A DNA stretch of 64,000 nucleotides from Eledone cirrhosa (Eukaryota). Positions 12,079-24,603 of this stretch are shown in pieces. Below the pieces are notes generated by a model. That model searched no databases. It was not told the DNA's origin and saw only the letters and a list, made by a program, of their open reading frames with translations. The first letter of the stretch is position 1, and each line of letters starts with the position of its first letter. A program made the position numbers and the translations under genes. Location of the stretch: NCBI GenBank assembly GCA_964016885.1, contig OZ024742.1, forward strand, positions 43,214,001-43,278,000. The letters are read 5' to 3'.

Positions 12079-12487
12079 TCTAAATGTTTAAGGCGGTGTT
12101 CGATCAGTGACTGTTTGCTGACTTTGTGTACGTACGTTCGGTCTAGACAATTATAACTTGCTTGATTCGTTGGTTATATAGTTAACGTTTGACCTACTAC
12201 TATCTTTTCAGGTCACAACCAGTGTACGGGCGTAAAATTTTTCCGGTTAATCTGCTTAATTTTATATTAGTTATTAACAATAGTTATGTTTATAAAATTA
12301 AAGTGTACGCTACTAAATTCCAGTAAAAATTGTGTTTTACTGGAGTGGGGAGACGTTTATTTGGAATTGATAAATAAAATGTATTAGTTTCAAATTTCCA
12401 TAAAATATTTCACCCACCCTATGTTGCAAATCATAGCGTCTGAGCTTCTACTGATACTGTCAATCCACCGCCCTCTAGTATATAGAA

Positions 12488-12640
12488 TAATTGTTTCTAC
12501 TTTTAGCACAAGGCCCGCAATTACGCAGTGCATTACTGGTACTTTATTTTATCGACCCCGTAAGGATGAAAGGCAAAGTTAACCTCGGCGGGATTTGAAC
12601 TCAGAATAGCAAGAGCCGTAACTCTATGCGTGAAAGCATT
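12488..12640 (-). mobile_element. Deu/Nin-like SINE
   Basis: Same family sequence as 7950-8138; the head segment appears displaced to 12425-12475. Confidence 0.75.
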
Positions 12641-12659
12641 AGAATAATGTATAAATGTC

Positions 12660-13095
12660 AGGAAAGTGAACAGTGTATGAGTCATGATATACATGTGTAC
12701 GTGTATATGGAGGAGGAATATCAGGTGTAGTGTTGGCGAATTTCAGGAAGCATGGAGGTTTTAAAGGATGCAGTGTCCCAACAGCTAACAACTGATGCAG
12801 GTAGTTTGTTCCTTGCTTCAGCAGCTCTGAGCAGGAAAAAATGTTTCCGAAAGTCATGGGAGCTGTGCTGTTTTCTGACTTTGTAAGCATGCCCACGTGT
12901 GTTAGACACATGGAATTCAAAAAGGTGCTCAGGGTTGTTGTTGGTTAATAATTTTGTGGGTGTTTACCCACGTCAGTTCCCAGACGTCGAAGCTCCAATG
13001 TTTCCATGCCCAGGGAAGCAAGGCGTTCAGAGTATGGTAGATGCCTGATGGAGGGTATTCGCTTGGTTGCATGTCTCTGAACAGTTTCCAGGAGG
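12660..13095 (-). mobile_element. CR1-clade LINE 3' fragment
   Basis: NTRGHAYKVRK..RKHFF..R..N.LPASVV, the CR1 ORF2 C-terminal signature. Confidence 0.8.
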
Positions 13096-14099
13096 TCAAT
13101 GTTCTGAGCAAAATACCAATGCAAATCTGCTAACGCAATGAGTTAGTTTTCGAAGCCCCAAGTTTGAGCAGCGATTCAGCAATCCTGGAAAAGTAAAAAC
13201 TACATAAGTGGATATAATTCAGATTAAGGGTCAGACCTGCATTTATTGAATTAATTTCTTCACAATTTAGCTGTTCATATTATAGACCACTTTGCCTGTG
13301 TTCAAATGTGGAACCACAGAAGCATCGCTATCATAACCCTGGTACTTTTTCAGCGACACCACATGCTCAACGCATCGGCCAACAACTCGTATTCATCGAC
13401 CAACGCGACACCCCACCAAAAGAGAAGAAATCGGTCATTTTTGTCTACGACCTCTCAACTACATGGTCTATTAATCAATTAACACTTTTTGCTTTCTCAC
13501 CGTTTTTGCTTAAAAAATAAAAAAAATAAAACTTCATCCACTATCTTCAGTTAATTTCAAAATTCTTTCCTCAATTTCAACTTCTCTTCAATGTTCTAAT
13601 ATCTCACTGCCCTATTCTTGCACCTCTATAGAATTAGCTATTTTAAATATTTACACACAACATCCATTTCTACATTTCTCACACTCTTCTCCCTGTATTT
13701 GGTACATAATTCTTTTTTTTTTTATTTTTCTTTACTTGTTTTCCTTACTTTCTCAGTCTCAATCTCCCTCTCCCCAATATTTCAATATCACATCTCTATC
13801 TTTGCTATGCTTTTACAATTTTTAAATTTACTGTGGATTCCCCCATGTGGAATTTCACACACTCACGCAGATTTTGATGTTACTGCAGTCTCGCCCATGT
13901 GGAATATTACACAAACTCACAGTGTTTTTTCCTTCTCTTTGCATGTTCATTGCTCTTTTTCTTCCACTGTATTTACCTACCACTCACATGATCACACTTA
14001 TCTCCGCGCACTCATAACCCCCCCCCTCTTCTTCCCCCTTCTCCACTTCCTATCCCTCCCTCTGCTCACCCCTTACTTCGTCCTTACGCACAACCCACC

Positions 14100-17040
14100 T
14101 ATGTCTTCGCTCGACCCGTTGGTAGCCCGATGTCTCGATCAAACTATCACCGGCGGTTGCCGATTGATAAAGTTGCCACCACTTTAACCTAATCCACTCT
14201 AGGTGGCAGAGACATGTGTCGAACAACCCAGAGACCTGCTTGGTGGAACAACTATGTTACAACCGGTCAGCCTTCGACCTCTCATTCTCCACCAACTTCG
14301 GCACGCACAAGAGAAGCTAATTTGTCCCCACCTAACCCCTCCTCCTCTTCACCGTAGATTCTGAGCGAATTCAACCCTGCCAACCCCACCACTCCTACAA
14401 CTGTTAGCCCACCACCCAACCTCTGATCTAGTCCCACCGTTAGAACAACTGCTGCCTCTTTTACTGACTCACTCCCTCGACCGAATTCCAACGCTAGCAC
14501 TCTACCGTCGGTCGCTGCCAGCCCACCGCCTGATTACATTCTCTGTGCCCGCACTAACCGGTACTTAAAGACAATCAAATGTCACCTGTGTCACGCAAGC
14601 TACCACAGAAGCTGTGTCGGCATCACCAAGGCACAAGCCGAAAGGCTTCAATACTGGACCTGTAATCGGTGCCACTTCAGCTCCGATGTATTCCGTGGGG
14701 ATGCCCCACACTTCAATGACCAACTCTCTACCGAGGACTTTGCCACAGCCCTCCAGCGTTTCTCCAAATCAAAGCTCGTTAGCCGGATCCCTAAGGGACC
14801 TCGGAATAGCTTTGCACGTGCCCTCTCTAATTTATTGAAGAATGTTTGCTCGTCCAACAATAGGTCCAACTGGCAGAAACTGTTTTTGTCTCTATCATCT
14901 CTCTTCACGTGCACAATGCGAATTCGGGTTCCCTCACATCCTCTCTCAAGCGGCAGTTCCAGCTGTTTCAGTCCACACCAACCACGCCTCACCTCAGTTC
15001 AACATCGAGCTTGGTGTCCACCAACAGACAACCGATAGACCTCAAGCGAGTGGTTAATGCCAAATTCAGAGAATTTGACATTAAAGAGGCTATCCGTCTT
15101 CTCTCTTCACTGTCATCCCTCGCTCCGTGCAACTCTGATTCTTTTGAGCAACTGAAAGATGAGCACCTATTGGCACCCCCGGTTACATGGGCCCGAACCA
15201 CCAGAATACTCAAGACCGGTTTACACCACTGATATCATCAGAAAGGCGATTTCATCCTTCCACGCTGGGTCAGGCATGGGGATTAACTGCCTTCGTCCTC
15301 AACACCTCAAGGGTGGTATCTCCTTGCTGGCCGGTGACGCCGGATGAGCTCTTGGAAAGTCTGACTCAGCTTGTGAATCAGTTCTCTTCAGTGAACGTTC
15401 TCCTATATATCCACCCACTGTTCTTCGGTGAAAAGTTATTCGGTCTCACTTAATCCAACGGAGACCTGCGCCCCATTGTAGTTGGCTGCATCCTTCGTCG
15501 CCTCACTGCAAAGGCATGTTTGCTATCGGTCTCTGACTCACTGGGAGAGGAATTTTCCCCATCCAGCTAGGGGTGGGTACCAAGTTGGAATGGGAGGCTG
15601 CTGCCCACGCTACCAGAACCTTTACCAACTTGCCCTCCTTGTCCCCCAAGGTCATCCTCAAACTTGACCTCAAGAATGCCTTTAACTCCGTCAGCCGAAA
15701 TGTCATCCTCAGCTCAGTAAGAGAGAGGGTCCCACAACTCTACAACTTTGCTTGGCAGGCTTATCGGGAGCCCTCCTACCTCTCTTTCGGTGACCAAATC
15801 ATCACCTCTGCCTCAGAAGTCCAACAGGACAACCCACACAGGCCCGCTCTGTTTGCACTGGGCATTTATGACATCACCAAGATGGGGGTTGAGTTGGACC
15901 TCAACGTCTTGTATCTTGATGACACTTGTTTGGGGGGATCTCCGGATATGGTTCTCACCACTGCTAACAAAATGGTTGAGGAGCTTGGATGCCAGGGTCT
16001 TCAGGTCAATAGCTCCAAATGTGAGCTCTGGATCCTCAACCACCCAGCTTCTCAACACCAACAGCTAATCGACCTGTTTACGAAGTCCTTCCTTTCCATC
16101 GCGGTCCGTCCCCTGTCGGCTGGGTGCTACTTAGGAGCCCCAATCACAGACCTTGCCTTTGAGTCAATCTTCCAATCGAAGATGGTTGGCCTTGGGCAGC
16201 TGCTGAAGAATATTGAAGTTATCAACCTCATCAACGTTTTTCATACTCAGGAACTACCTATCTATTCCTAAGCTTCTGTATCTGCCCAGGGTCAGCCCCT
16301 CTCACAGATTTCCGTCCTGCCTCCAACGCTTCGACGACCTAATCTTTGAGAGACTCGAGTGCCTGGTCAATATTAGACTCTCCCCAGAGTCTCACAATCA
16401 GACTGCGTTGCCCAAGTGATTTGGGGGTCTTGGTCTTCATAAGTGTTCGTCCCTCTCTCTCCCCTGCTTCCTTTCCTCCACCCACACTTGCTCCACCCTG
16501 GTGAGCAACATCCTCTCCTCTCCAGCATGGTCTAGTTCCAACAGGGAGCTGGGTGAAGCTCTCCAGCAATGGAGTGAGTTGGGCTTGTCTCTTCCTGAGA
16601 AGGTGGAGGACAGTCGAAGTCAGAGAACTTGGGACAGCATAAGTACGAAGGCCACCCTCGACTCCCTCTTCATCCAGTCGGATCAGTTTGTAAGGTGCCG
16701 CTTACTATCTGCAAGTGTCAAATACTCAGGCGACTGGGTTGATGCCCTACCCGTGGCCAACGTTGGTAGCCCACTCAGCCTGGACGAACTTCGTATCTCC
16801 ATTACCCTCACAGTGGGAGATGACGTCTGCATGAGTTTGAGGTGTCGATGTGGCAAACTCCTCGACTCCACAGGCCTCCACGGTCTTTCTTGCCACCTGA
16901 ATGCCGGTCGCTTCGCGCGTCACACAGAGCTAAACCTTATTTTCAAGAGAGCTTTGGCCCGGGTGAACATCCACTCAATCTTGGAACCATCTGGGTTGTC
17001 CAGAAGTGATGGCCTTACCCTGTTCCCCTGGTTGAGAGGA
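14100..17040 (+). mobile_element. Degenerate CRE-clade (RLE) non-LTR retrotransposon: N-terminal PHD finger, RT, zinc knuckle, start of RLE
   Basis: LRPQHLK, DLRPIVVG, KLDLKNAFNSVSR, YLDD, CRCG..LHGLSC..RH..N..EPSGL; PHD at 14532-14675; many stops and frameshifts; left boundary approximate. Confidence 0.85.
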
Positions 17041-18330
17041 CGGACAAAAACTTGGATGAGGTGATGAGCAGGGTGGCTTCTCTCACCCAGAAATGGGCAG
17101 AGAGGAAGCTATCCCTGAAAGGTCGAGCGGGGGTGGCGAATGCGTACATCGCATCCGTCATCTACTACCGCCTTGTCCTAAGTCTCGCCTGACTGCACTG
17201 GAGCGTTTGCTCTTTTGCTTTTTGTGGAAGGGACGCGCTCCGATGGTCAGGTAGTCCATCTGCTGTCAACACCCGCTACGTGGAGGGCTGGGCATGCCGT
17301 GGCTGATGATGCGCAGACATGCGCTCAGGCTACGACATCTCCACCTCTTCCTCGACGGTGATCAGGTGTGGTCACCGTTTGCTAGACGCGTCTTTCCCCA
17401 GCTCGTCTCCTTGACGGAGCTGCAGTGCTGGGTCAAGCGAAGACCGAGAGAGAGCGCTTGGAGACTGGAATGTCTTCAGGCGCTCACGGCCCTCGACCGG
17501 TCGGGCAATGTGATCGGTGGAAACTCCACCTTGGCGTTCTATAGAGGATTAGTGGAGGGGAAGAGCGACGACGTACTTGGGGAAACTCTAGGCGTCGACG
17601 AAAATCAACTAGCCAATCTCTTCGGAAGGACTTTCGGGCCGGGGCCTATGGACAACTTCCAGAAATCCCTGTCCTGGCAGTGCTACCGAGGAGCTTTGCC
17701 AGTTCGGGATAAACTCTACAGGCACGGAAGTGCCGTCAGCCAGGGATGTCCGAGATGCGCGCAGAGCGATGAAACCGTCCTCCATGCACTCGTCCAGTGT
17801 CCGAGCATTGCTGACTTGTGGGTTTATGTCAAACACCTGCTGTCACGTGTAGAACGGATCCGGCTATCAGCTGAGTCCATCGTGAGGATTTCCCCGCCCT
17901 CTTCCTCTAGCCGGGAAGGGCAGGTAATTTTTATCTGTCTGTTGGCCATGGCGAAAGAGATAGTATGGTGGGCGCGTCTGAAAGGGCTGAAGACGAGTAT
18001 TTACCTCTTCGGTGATGCCCTGATTAACTTTTTCAAATTTCATTTGAAAAGGAAAATCAAGGTAGAGAGGGAAGTGCTCTCTTCCCAGCTTTTTGTTGAA
18101 AGATGGGTGAGAGAGGCAAGAATGGCCCGAGTGAATGGACCTACTCTGAGTACTTGCCTGTAAATTGAAGGTGGAAAACTGGGAGAGGGCACTTGCCCTG
18201 GTGGTCAGGGTCACCGTGGCTTTTTCTAATGGGCTTTCTCCACGATGGCCCTCGGAAGTCTCCCCCCTATTGGGGAATTTTTCATTGTTTTTTTTTTGTT
18301 ACATCCTTTGTTTTTTGTTTTTTTACACGC
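17041..18330 (+). mobile_element. L1/Tx1-clade LINE, 5'-truncated ORF2 C-terminus
   Basis: W..RKLSLKGR..AN, FLWKG, GGLGMP, LPVRDKL..CPRC...ETVLHALVQC (zf-RVT CCHC); stop at 18163. Confidence 0.85.
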
Positions 18331-19224
18331 AGAAATGCCCATTTGTACCGTCCTGTACTGTTCTTAATGTATGTGAGCCCACGGAATGTAGGTCACTACA
18401 AACATTCTGTAAGCATAGTATTATTATTATATATATATATTTTTTTTCTTTCTATTTATAATATCATTATACTTTTCTTCAACTGATTTTTTATGGGGAA
18501 ACTTTAAAAAAACAAACGATACTGCTTTGTAATGGTTATTGAGTTGTTTTTACAAGTTTTTTATTCACAGTTGTATAAAATGCCTACAGAATAAAGTACA
18601 AACAAATTACATGTGTATGTGAAAACCATGTTTAATGACACAAAAATATAAAATCATGAGCAAAAATGATAATGAAAAGGAAGAAGAAGGAAAAAGAAGG
18701 AAAAAGAAGAGGGGGGGGGGACAATCCACCACCAAGTGCCACAATCAGTATCATAACAATGCCAACTTGCAGTTGTCAATAGCATAAAATTGCTCAGTCA
18801 TGCTGTTTATATATATTCTAGCTGAGATAAGAGAAGGCAGATAAAAGAGAAAATGACTGTATTGGATGTATTGCCCGGTTTACAGTATGATGTGAGACCG
18901 TAATGTATGTGAGTGAGAGAGAGAAATTTAAAAAAAAACAATCATAAAACTTCATTATTAGGCTGGGGGAGTAAACTGGTAGCATTGACCTTGGATTTTA
19001 AATGTTGTGAAATAACCATAGTCAATATGATCTTTTTCAGCTCCAAAGGACGTCATCTAAAATACAGCAATATACCGCATAACATTGCTTCTGAAGTATT
19101 TAGCTTCTTTAGTACGGTCTGTAAACAGTATATGGATAAAAGCTTGAGGGTCCTCTATCAGTGGAAGTCTGACCTTTCCTCCTAAACAACACATGCCAAG
19201 TATAATATCCATGCTAGTAATCGC

Positions 19225-19680
19225 GACAGTGGCGTTCGGGACGTTTGGGGTAGTCAGGCTACTGACTGAGAGATTCCTATCTTCACTGGCAGCTTGCCTA
19301 GCACAGGTAACTGGTGAAGCTCTTGAGGACGCTTGGTTGTTCCAGCGTATCACCTGAGGTAACGCCGCGAGAGTGCTAGCTTGCCTCAAAAATTATTAGA
19401 GAGGTTTCCCAGTGCTCATCGCGATACTGTTATCTTTTAGTCTGATAGCGACTCGGTTATCCCTTTCGCCTGCCTTTTGTTGTATGTGGTCCCAGATGTG
19501 TGTGATAACTGCTTCCGTGTTTGTTTGTTTGTTTGTTTTCCTCTTTGCTTTCTTCTTTTTTTGTTTTCCCTTTCCTTTTCTTTTTATATTATATTTTTTT
19601 GTGCTTTCGATCTGTACGCATTGTATTATTATATTTCTTTTTATACAACTGTGAATAAAGTGTATTTCAATCTCTAAGTC
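19225..19680 (+). mobile_element. CRE-clade element extreme C-terminus and 3' tail
   Basis: Manual translation VAFGTFGVV..TERFLSSLA..LAQVTGE..E.AWLFQRI..GNAARVL; AT-rich tail resembles those near 7740, 11200 and 18400. Confidence 0.65.
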
Positions 19681-19892
19681 TGTAATTCTTCGATGGATCA
19701 TATGAAGACGCAGCCCTTAGCCAGTTTTATCTGCCTTGAAGAGTCCTTTGTGGTCGTCAAGTTTGCATCGCAACTCTCATTGCCTCTTGGTGATTTTCAT
19801 ATTGAACCTCTGTTTGTTGCAATAGTCTTTCTTCTTGCCTTAATCTTTCTGTTTCCTGTCTCAGGTTCTGTTCACTTTCAGAAAGTTGCGAT

Positions 19893-20285
19893 TATAACCG
19901 AATACTGGTGTGTATGAATATAACAAGACACTAGGTTGTGTATATAAAGTTTAATTAACAAGTTGAAGTTATGTAGTATAGAATTGTTGACATGTCAAGA
20001 GTAGATGAAATATGAAGTAAAGATATTTGTTACCGTTTTGAAGTTAGCTCGCAAGAGACCATGTTAGGGTTGCCAGAGAGTAGAGACTCGGCGAACGCGC
20101 CTGGCCGAAGGCCAGCAGCCGAAAGGGCATATGAGAGAGAGATCGCTCTGAGTATCCCTTTTATAGGGTCCAAGACGGAAGTGACAAAAAGGGTTCTGCC
20201 ACCCCAACGGGAAGTAACTCCAGCTACTTCCTGTCTAGAGAGCGGTGATGTGATTGTCATAACAAGGGAGGCAACTCTTGCTACA
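19893..20285 (-). mobile_element. Solo LTR with 4-bp TSD CGAT
   Basis: Homologous to both LTRs of 21690-23798; CGAT at 19889-19892 and 20286-20289; TATAAAA on the minus strand near 20160. Confidence 0.85.
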
Positions 20286-20329
20286 CGATCGTCTTTCTTG
20301 TTGTCTTAACTTTTCTTAACTTTTCTTAA

Positions 20330-23300
20330 CTTTTCACAATGATTGTAAGGCTCAACCGCTGAATGTGAGGCCAGAGACAGGATGTTTTCAGACAGGCATT
20401 GATCTGATCAGATTTGGTCCCACGGGGAATTAGAGGCTGAGTTTGTCTGAAACCAAGAACCATTGTCACTCCACCCATTATGCAAGTATTTTCTCTCAGA
20501 TCCTTTATTGTCCAGTCCAAAACTTCAATTGCTCATTTATGGCTCATGGTAGCAAATTATCATCTCGCATGTTTGCAGAAGCTTGTGTGAGTTCTTGATG
20601 TTGCAAAAAGATTCATCAGGTCATGTGAGGTCTATGGGAAGCTTCAACATGGAGTGTGCAGTTCTTCCTCTATCAAGAAGCGTTGCTGCAATGCCACCTG
20701 AAGCCATGGCAAAGGAAATATGTTGCTTTTGTCAAACTTTTGCAAGCAGGAGGTTTATGAGGATTGTCTTACCTGTGCCAGCAGGAGCATCGATGAAAAA
20801 AAGTCGTCTCCTGTCATTTTGAATGTTTTCCATGATGTTGTGGTAGTCATATTTCTGGTCATCCACCAGTCGAGGTTCATTTTTATTCACAAACTTATGC
20901 AATACTTGAACATCATAGTTTGTCTCTTGAAAAACTTATTGTGTTACCCCCATTTCTTCATGCTCTGGCATCCTGCAATGCTATTCATTGCCTGAACTCG
21001 ATGTGACAGGTCACAGAGAGTTTGATTGTAAATATTGGAGGTATATTCCATATATATATATTGCCATGATGTCTTTGGGCTAGGTGTAGATAGTTGTATG
21101 ACATATTGTTTTTGTATTCCTGCCAGAGTAAATGAGCGTTATATCAACTCCACATGCTGTGAGTATAGTAGGAAGCAACTGTCTTATTTGACTGGTTACT
21201 CAAGTGACTACTGCTTCTTTTTGGCTCTTCTGCCAATGTCCATTGTCATGCAGGAGTCCATACTCTTTAGATGCCTCTTGGTATGTTTCGCACACTCTTC
21301 CTCCAAAGCACCTGAGATCATCATTGGTCCTTGAACAATATGCAGAAGTACCCGTAAATAAAAACAATCCCTGTTGTTGGGTTGGGCATTGTAAACATGC
21401 CCAATAGCATTACTTACGTTGACTTCATGACTTTCCACTAAATGACCCTGCTTCCTTCGATACCAGGTCTTACATTTGGTCCAGGTGTAGTATGTTGGGA
21501 TGTCAGCATATAGGAGGGATCAAATAAATTCATCATTCTGGCAGAGTTTTAAAAAAGCAGTTAGAGTAGTGTCAGGTGATGCTTGTGTCAACTGATGAGC
21601 AGTGTTCTCAGTGAAGTGCACTCTCTATCCATTTTCTAGATGGACGGCGAAGTTGACCACTGTTAGATGGTGTTGTTGGATATCAAATCTATAACGGGGT
21701 TACTGGGTTGTATGAATATAACAGGAGACTCAGTTGTATGTACAATGTTTATTTAACAAGGTTGAGTTATGCAGAGTAGAATAGTTGACATGCCAAGATT
21801 AGATGAAAGAACGAATTAAAGTTTTGAAGTCATCTCGCAAGTGACCAAGTGGTCTTTACATTACCATTGTTCAGGTTGCCAGAGAGTATAGCCTCGGCGA
21901 ACGCGCCTGGCTAGTTAGAAGAGAGTGAGATAGCCCTGAGCTATCCCATTTATAGGGTCCCAGGACGGAAGTGACAAAGAAGGTTCTGCCACCCCAACGG
22001 GAAGTAACTCCAGCTACTTCCTGTCTAGAGAACGGTGATGTGATTGTCATAACAAGGGAGGCAACTCTTGCTACATTATCCTTCGCCAGATTTTTAAAAA
22101 TCGAATGAACCATGTATGGAGTAAGATGGCGAGCATGTAACACCAAAGTCCAGGCATGAGAATTACAAAACAAAAATAGTGTTTGCAATAAAAGGAAAAC
22201 AGCAAAATATAAGCATGCAAAAATCAATGATAGATATCAAGGTAGCCAACCGCTCTTGGCCAGAGAACGACTGGACATCTATCTATCCACCATTCAAAGA
22301 TACAATGTAATCAAACTAAAAGAAGAGGTCAAAGGAGCAAAGACATAGTTATTAAAAAAAAAAGGTTCAAATGTTCAAAATACAGTTCACAGGTGACAGC
22401 AGGAAAGAAAGTGTGTTCCAGAGAATGTATGCAGGTGGTTTCTGGACTGTGGTACAACGTGAAATTCCCAACCTCCGAAGGGATTTTCTCACAGGAAGAG
22501 TGCTGCAAAAATAAATTCTCTGTCTTGTTCTGCTGGTTTTGGTTGTTGATGAAGCTGTGTTGTTGTTGTTTCGCGGAGTGAGCCTATTCGATGTTGTTTC
22601 CGTTCACAGTAAAAGTTTTTCCCAGAAAAAATGAGTTGTTGTCTCGCGGAGTGAGCCTATTCGATATTGTTTCCGTTCACAGTAAAAGTTTTCCCAGAAA
22701 AAATTAGTTGCGCAAAGTGCTAGAAATAACAGCCAAAGTTGATGGTCGATGTTGAGAATGCGTTAACCTGGAAGGGTCAAGAGGCAAGCAACCAAAGAAA
22801 TAAGCATTCTGAATAAATGCGCAGTTTTCAACGGCAAATTTACGTGGTAAATTTTTAAACCGGCAAATAGGAGAAAATAGCTTAAGGCTGGAGAATCCTT
22901 GGCAAGAAACATTATCTATGGCGTGTCTTATCTCAGTGAGTCGAGATGTGTGCTGCCCACACGTGCCGAAACAAGGTTAAAGTCAAGTTGAAAAAAAAAT
23001 ATTTCTATTGCGCGAGAAAATGGCGCGAAAATGATAGTGCAACAGGTCGTTGGCAGCCATTTTGAAAAATTTGTGTGTGAACGTGAAAACATGATGAAAA
23101 AGAAGGAAACTCTTTGTATATGGCGAGAGTTCCATTTCTTTTTTTTAAAGTGATGAAAAAGTAGCGACATTTAAACGATGTAAACACGTTAGGCGAAGAA
23201 AAAAATTTTTTCTTGTTTGTTTGCTGCTGAGAAAAAGATTACTTCTATTTTTCGTTTTAGACAAAATCCATGTGGAATGTTGTTAGAGGAATTTTTTCTT

Positions 23301-23975
23301 TTTGAAATACTGCTAATTAATTTTCTTTTTTTTTTTACATTCACACCACACCCGATCCTATTATTTTTTTCTCGGGCCACCACTTATAACAGGGTTACTG
23401 TGTTGTATGAATATAACAGGAGACTCAGTTGTATGTACAATGTTTATTTAACAAGGTTGAGTTATGCAGAGCAGAATAGTTGACATGCCAAGATTAGATG
23501 AAAGAACGAATTAAAGTTATTTGTATTACCGTTTTGAAGTCATCTCGCAAAAGACCAAGTGGTCTTTACATTACCATTGTTCAGGTTGCCAGAGAGTATA
23601 GCCTCGGAAAACGCGCCTGACCGAAGGGCCAGGCTAGTTAGAAGAGAGTGAGATAGCCCTGAGCTATCCCTTTTATAGGGTCCCAGGACGGAAGTGACAA
23701 AGAGGGTTCTGCCACCCCAATGGGAAGTAACTCCAGCTACTTCCTGTCTAGAGAACGGTGATGTGATTGTCATAACAAGGGAGGCAACTCTTGCTACAAA
23801 TCCAAAGATCTGCAAGATAACTTCATTGCTCGAGATGTATCGACCTGTCTGATACTGTTTGACCTCAATCAGACAAATATCATTGAGTCCCTTGTCAGTA
23901 ACAAAGGTAGCCATGTCACTGCCCTTGCTGATATATAGTACTGCTTTGACAGAGTTGCAATACTCAACATTGATT
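20330..23975 (-). mobile_element. Degenerate Helitron RepHel (PIF1-like helicase) interrupted by an LTR element
   Basis: INVEYCNSVK..KGSD, RYISSNE..IFGF|DIQ..TVV..AVHLENG, CFYLRVLL..V.GP, FIDAPAGTGKT, ASGGIAATLL..GRTAHS, FRQT.P.IPRG. Confidence 0.85.
21690..23798 (-). mobile_element. Non-autonomous LTR retroelement (LTRs 23385-23798 and 21690-22075, non-coding interior), TSD AATC
   Basis: Direct repeats of about 400 bp; AATC on both flanks; PBS TGGTGGCCCG just inside the 5' LTR; purine-rich ggcgaaggataa before the 3' LTR. Confidence 0.88.
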
Positions 23976-24299
23976 ATTTATAAAAATATATAGATACACT
24001 GAACTGAAGTGAAAACCAAACCAAAGAGTTGGTGTTTTTTATTATTATTTTAGACAACATGACCCACCCCAAATATAACAATATATGTTTCAACACATGC
24101 TTTCATATAAAAAAAACTTGTAAAACAAATACATCGATTTTCCCAGGGTTTCGTCATCATCATCCTTTGTCATCTATATCCATACATATATATATATATA
24201 ACAAAGAGGGTGTGGTAAGATACCAGGTGGACCATAATGCACCACAGTACTCAATACTTAGGGTAGTAGAGTGGGTAATAGGGGTCCCGACACTTTTCC

Positions 24300-24371
24300 T
24301 ATATATATATATACATATATACATACGTATATATATACATACATATATATTTACATATATATATACATACA

Positions 24372-24403
<32 letters not shown>

Positions 24404-24545
24404 CATATACATACATACATATATATATGTATACATATATACATATACATCTATATATATACACACATATATATATATATACATTTATAATACATATATA
24501 TATATATATATACACTTATAATACATACATATATATATACATACA

Positions 24546-24600
<55 letters not shown>
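24300..24600. repeat. (TA/CA)n microsatellite
   Basis: Direct inspection; a similar tract lies at 25540-25725. Confidence 0.95.

Positions 24601-24603
<3 letters not shown>

Noticed and set aside
13618-14187. 189-aa hydrophobic ORF
   Set aside because: Low-complexity pyrimidine-rich sequence with no recognisable motif; probably the upstream region of the CRE element
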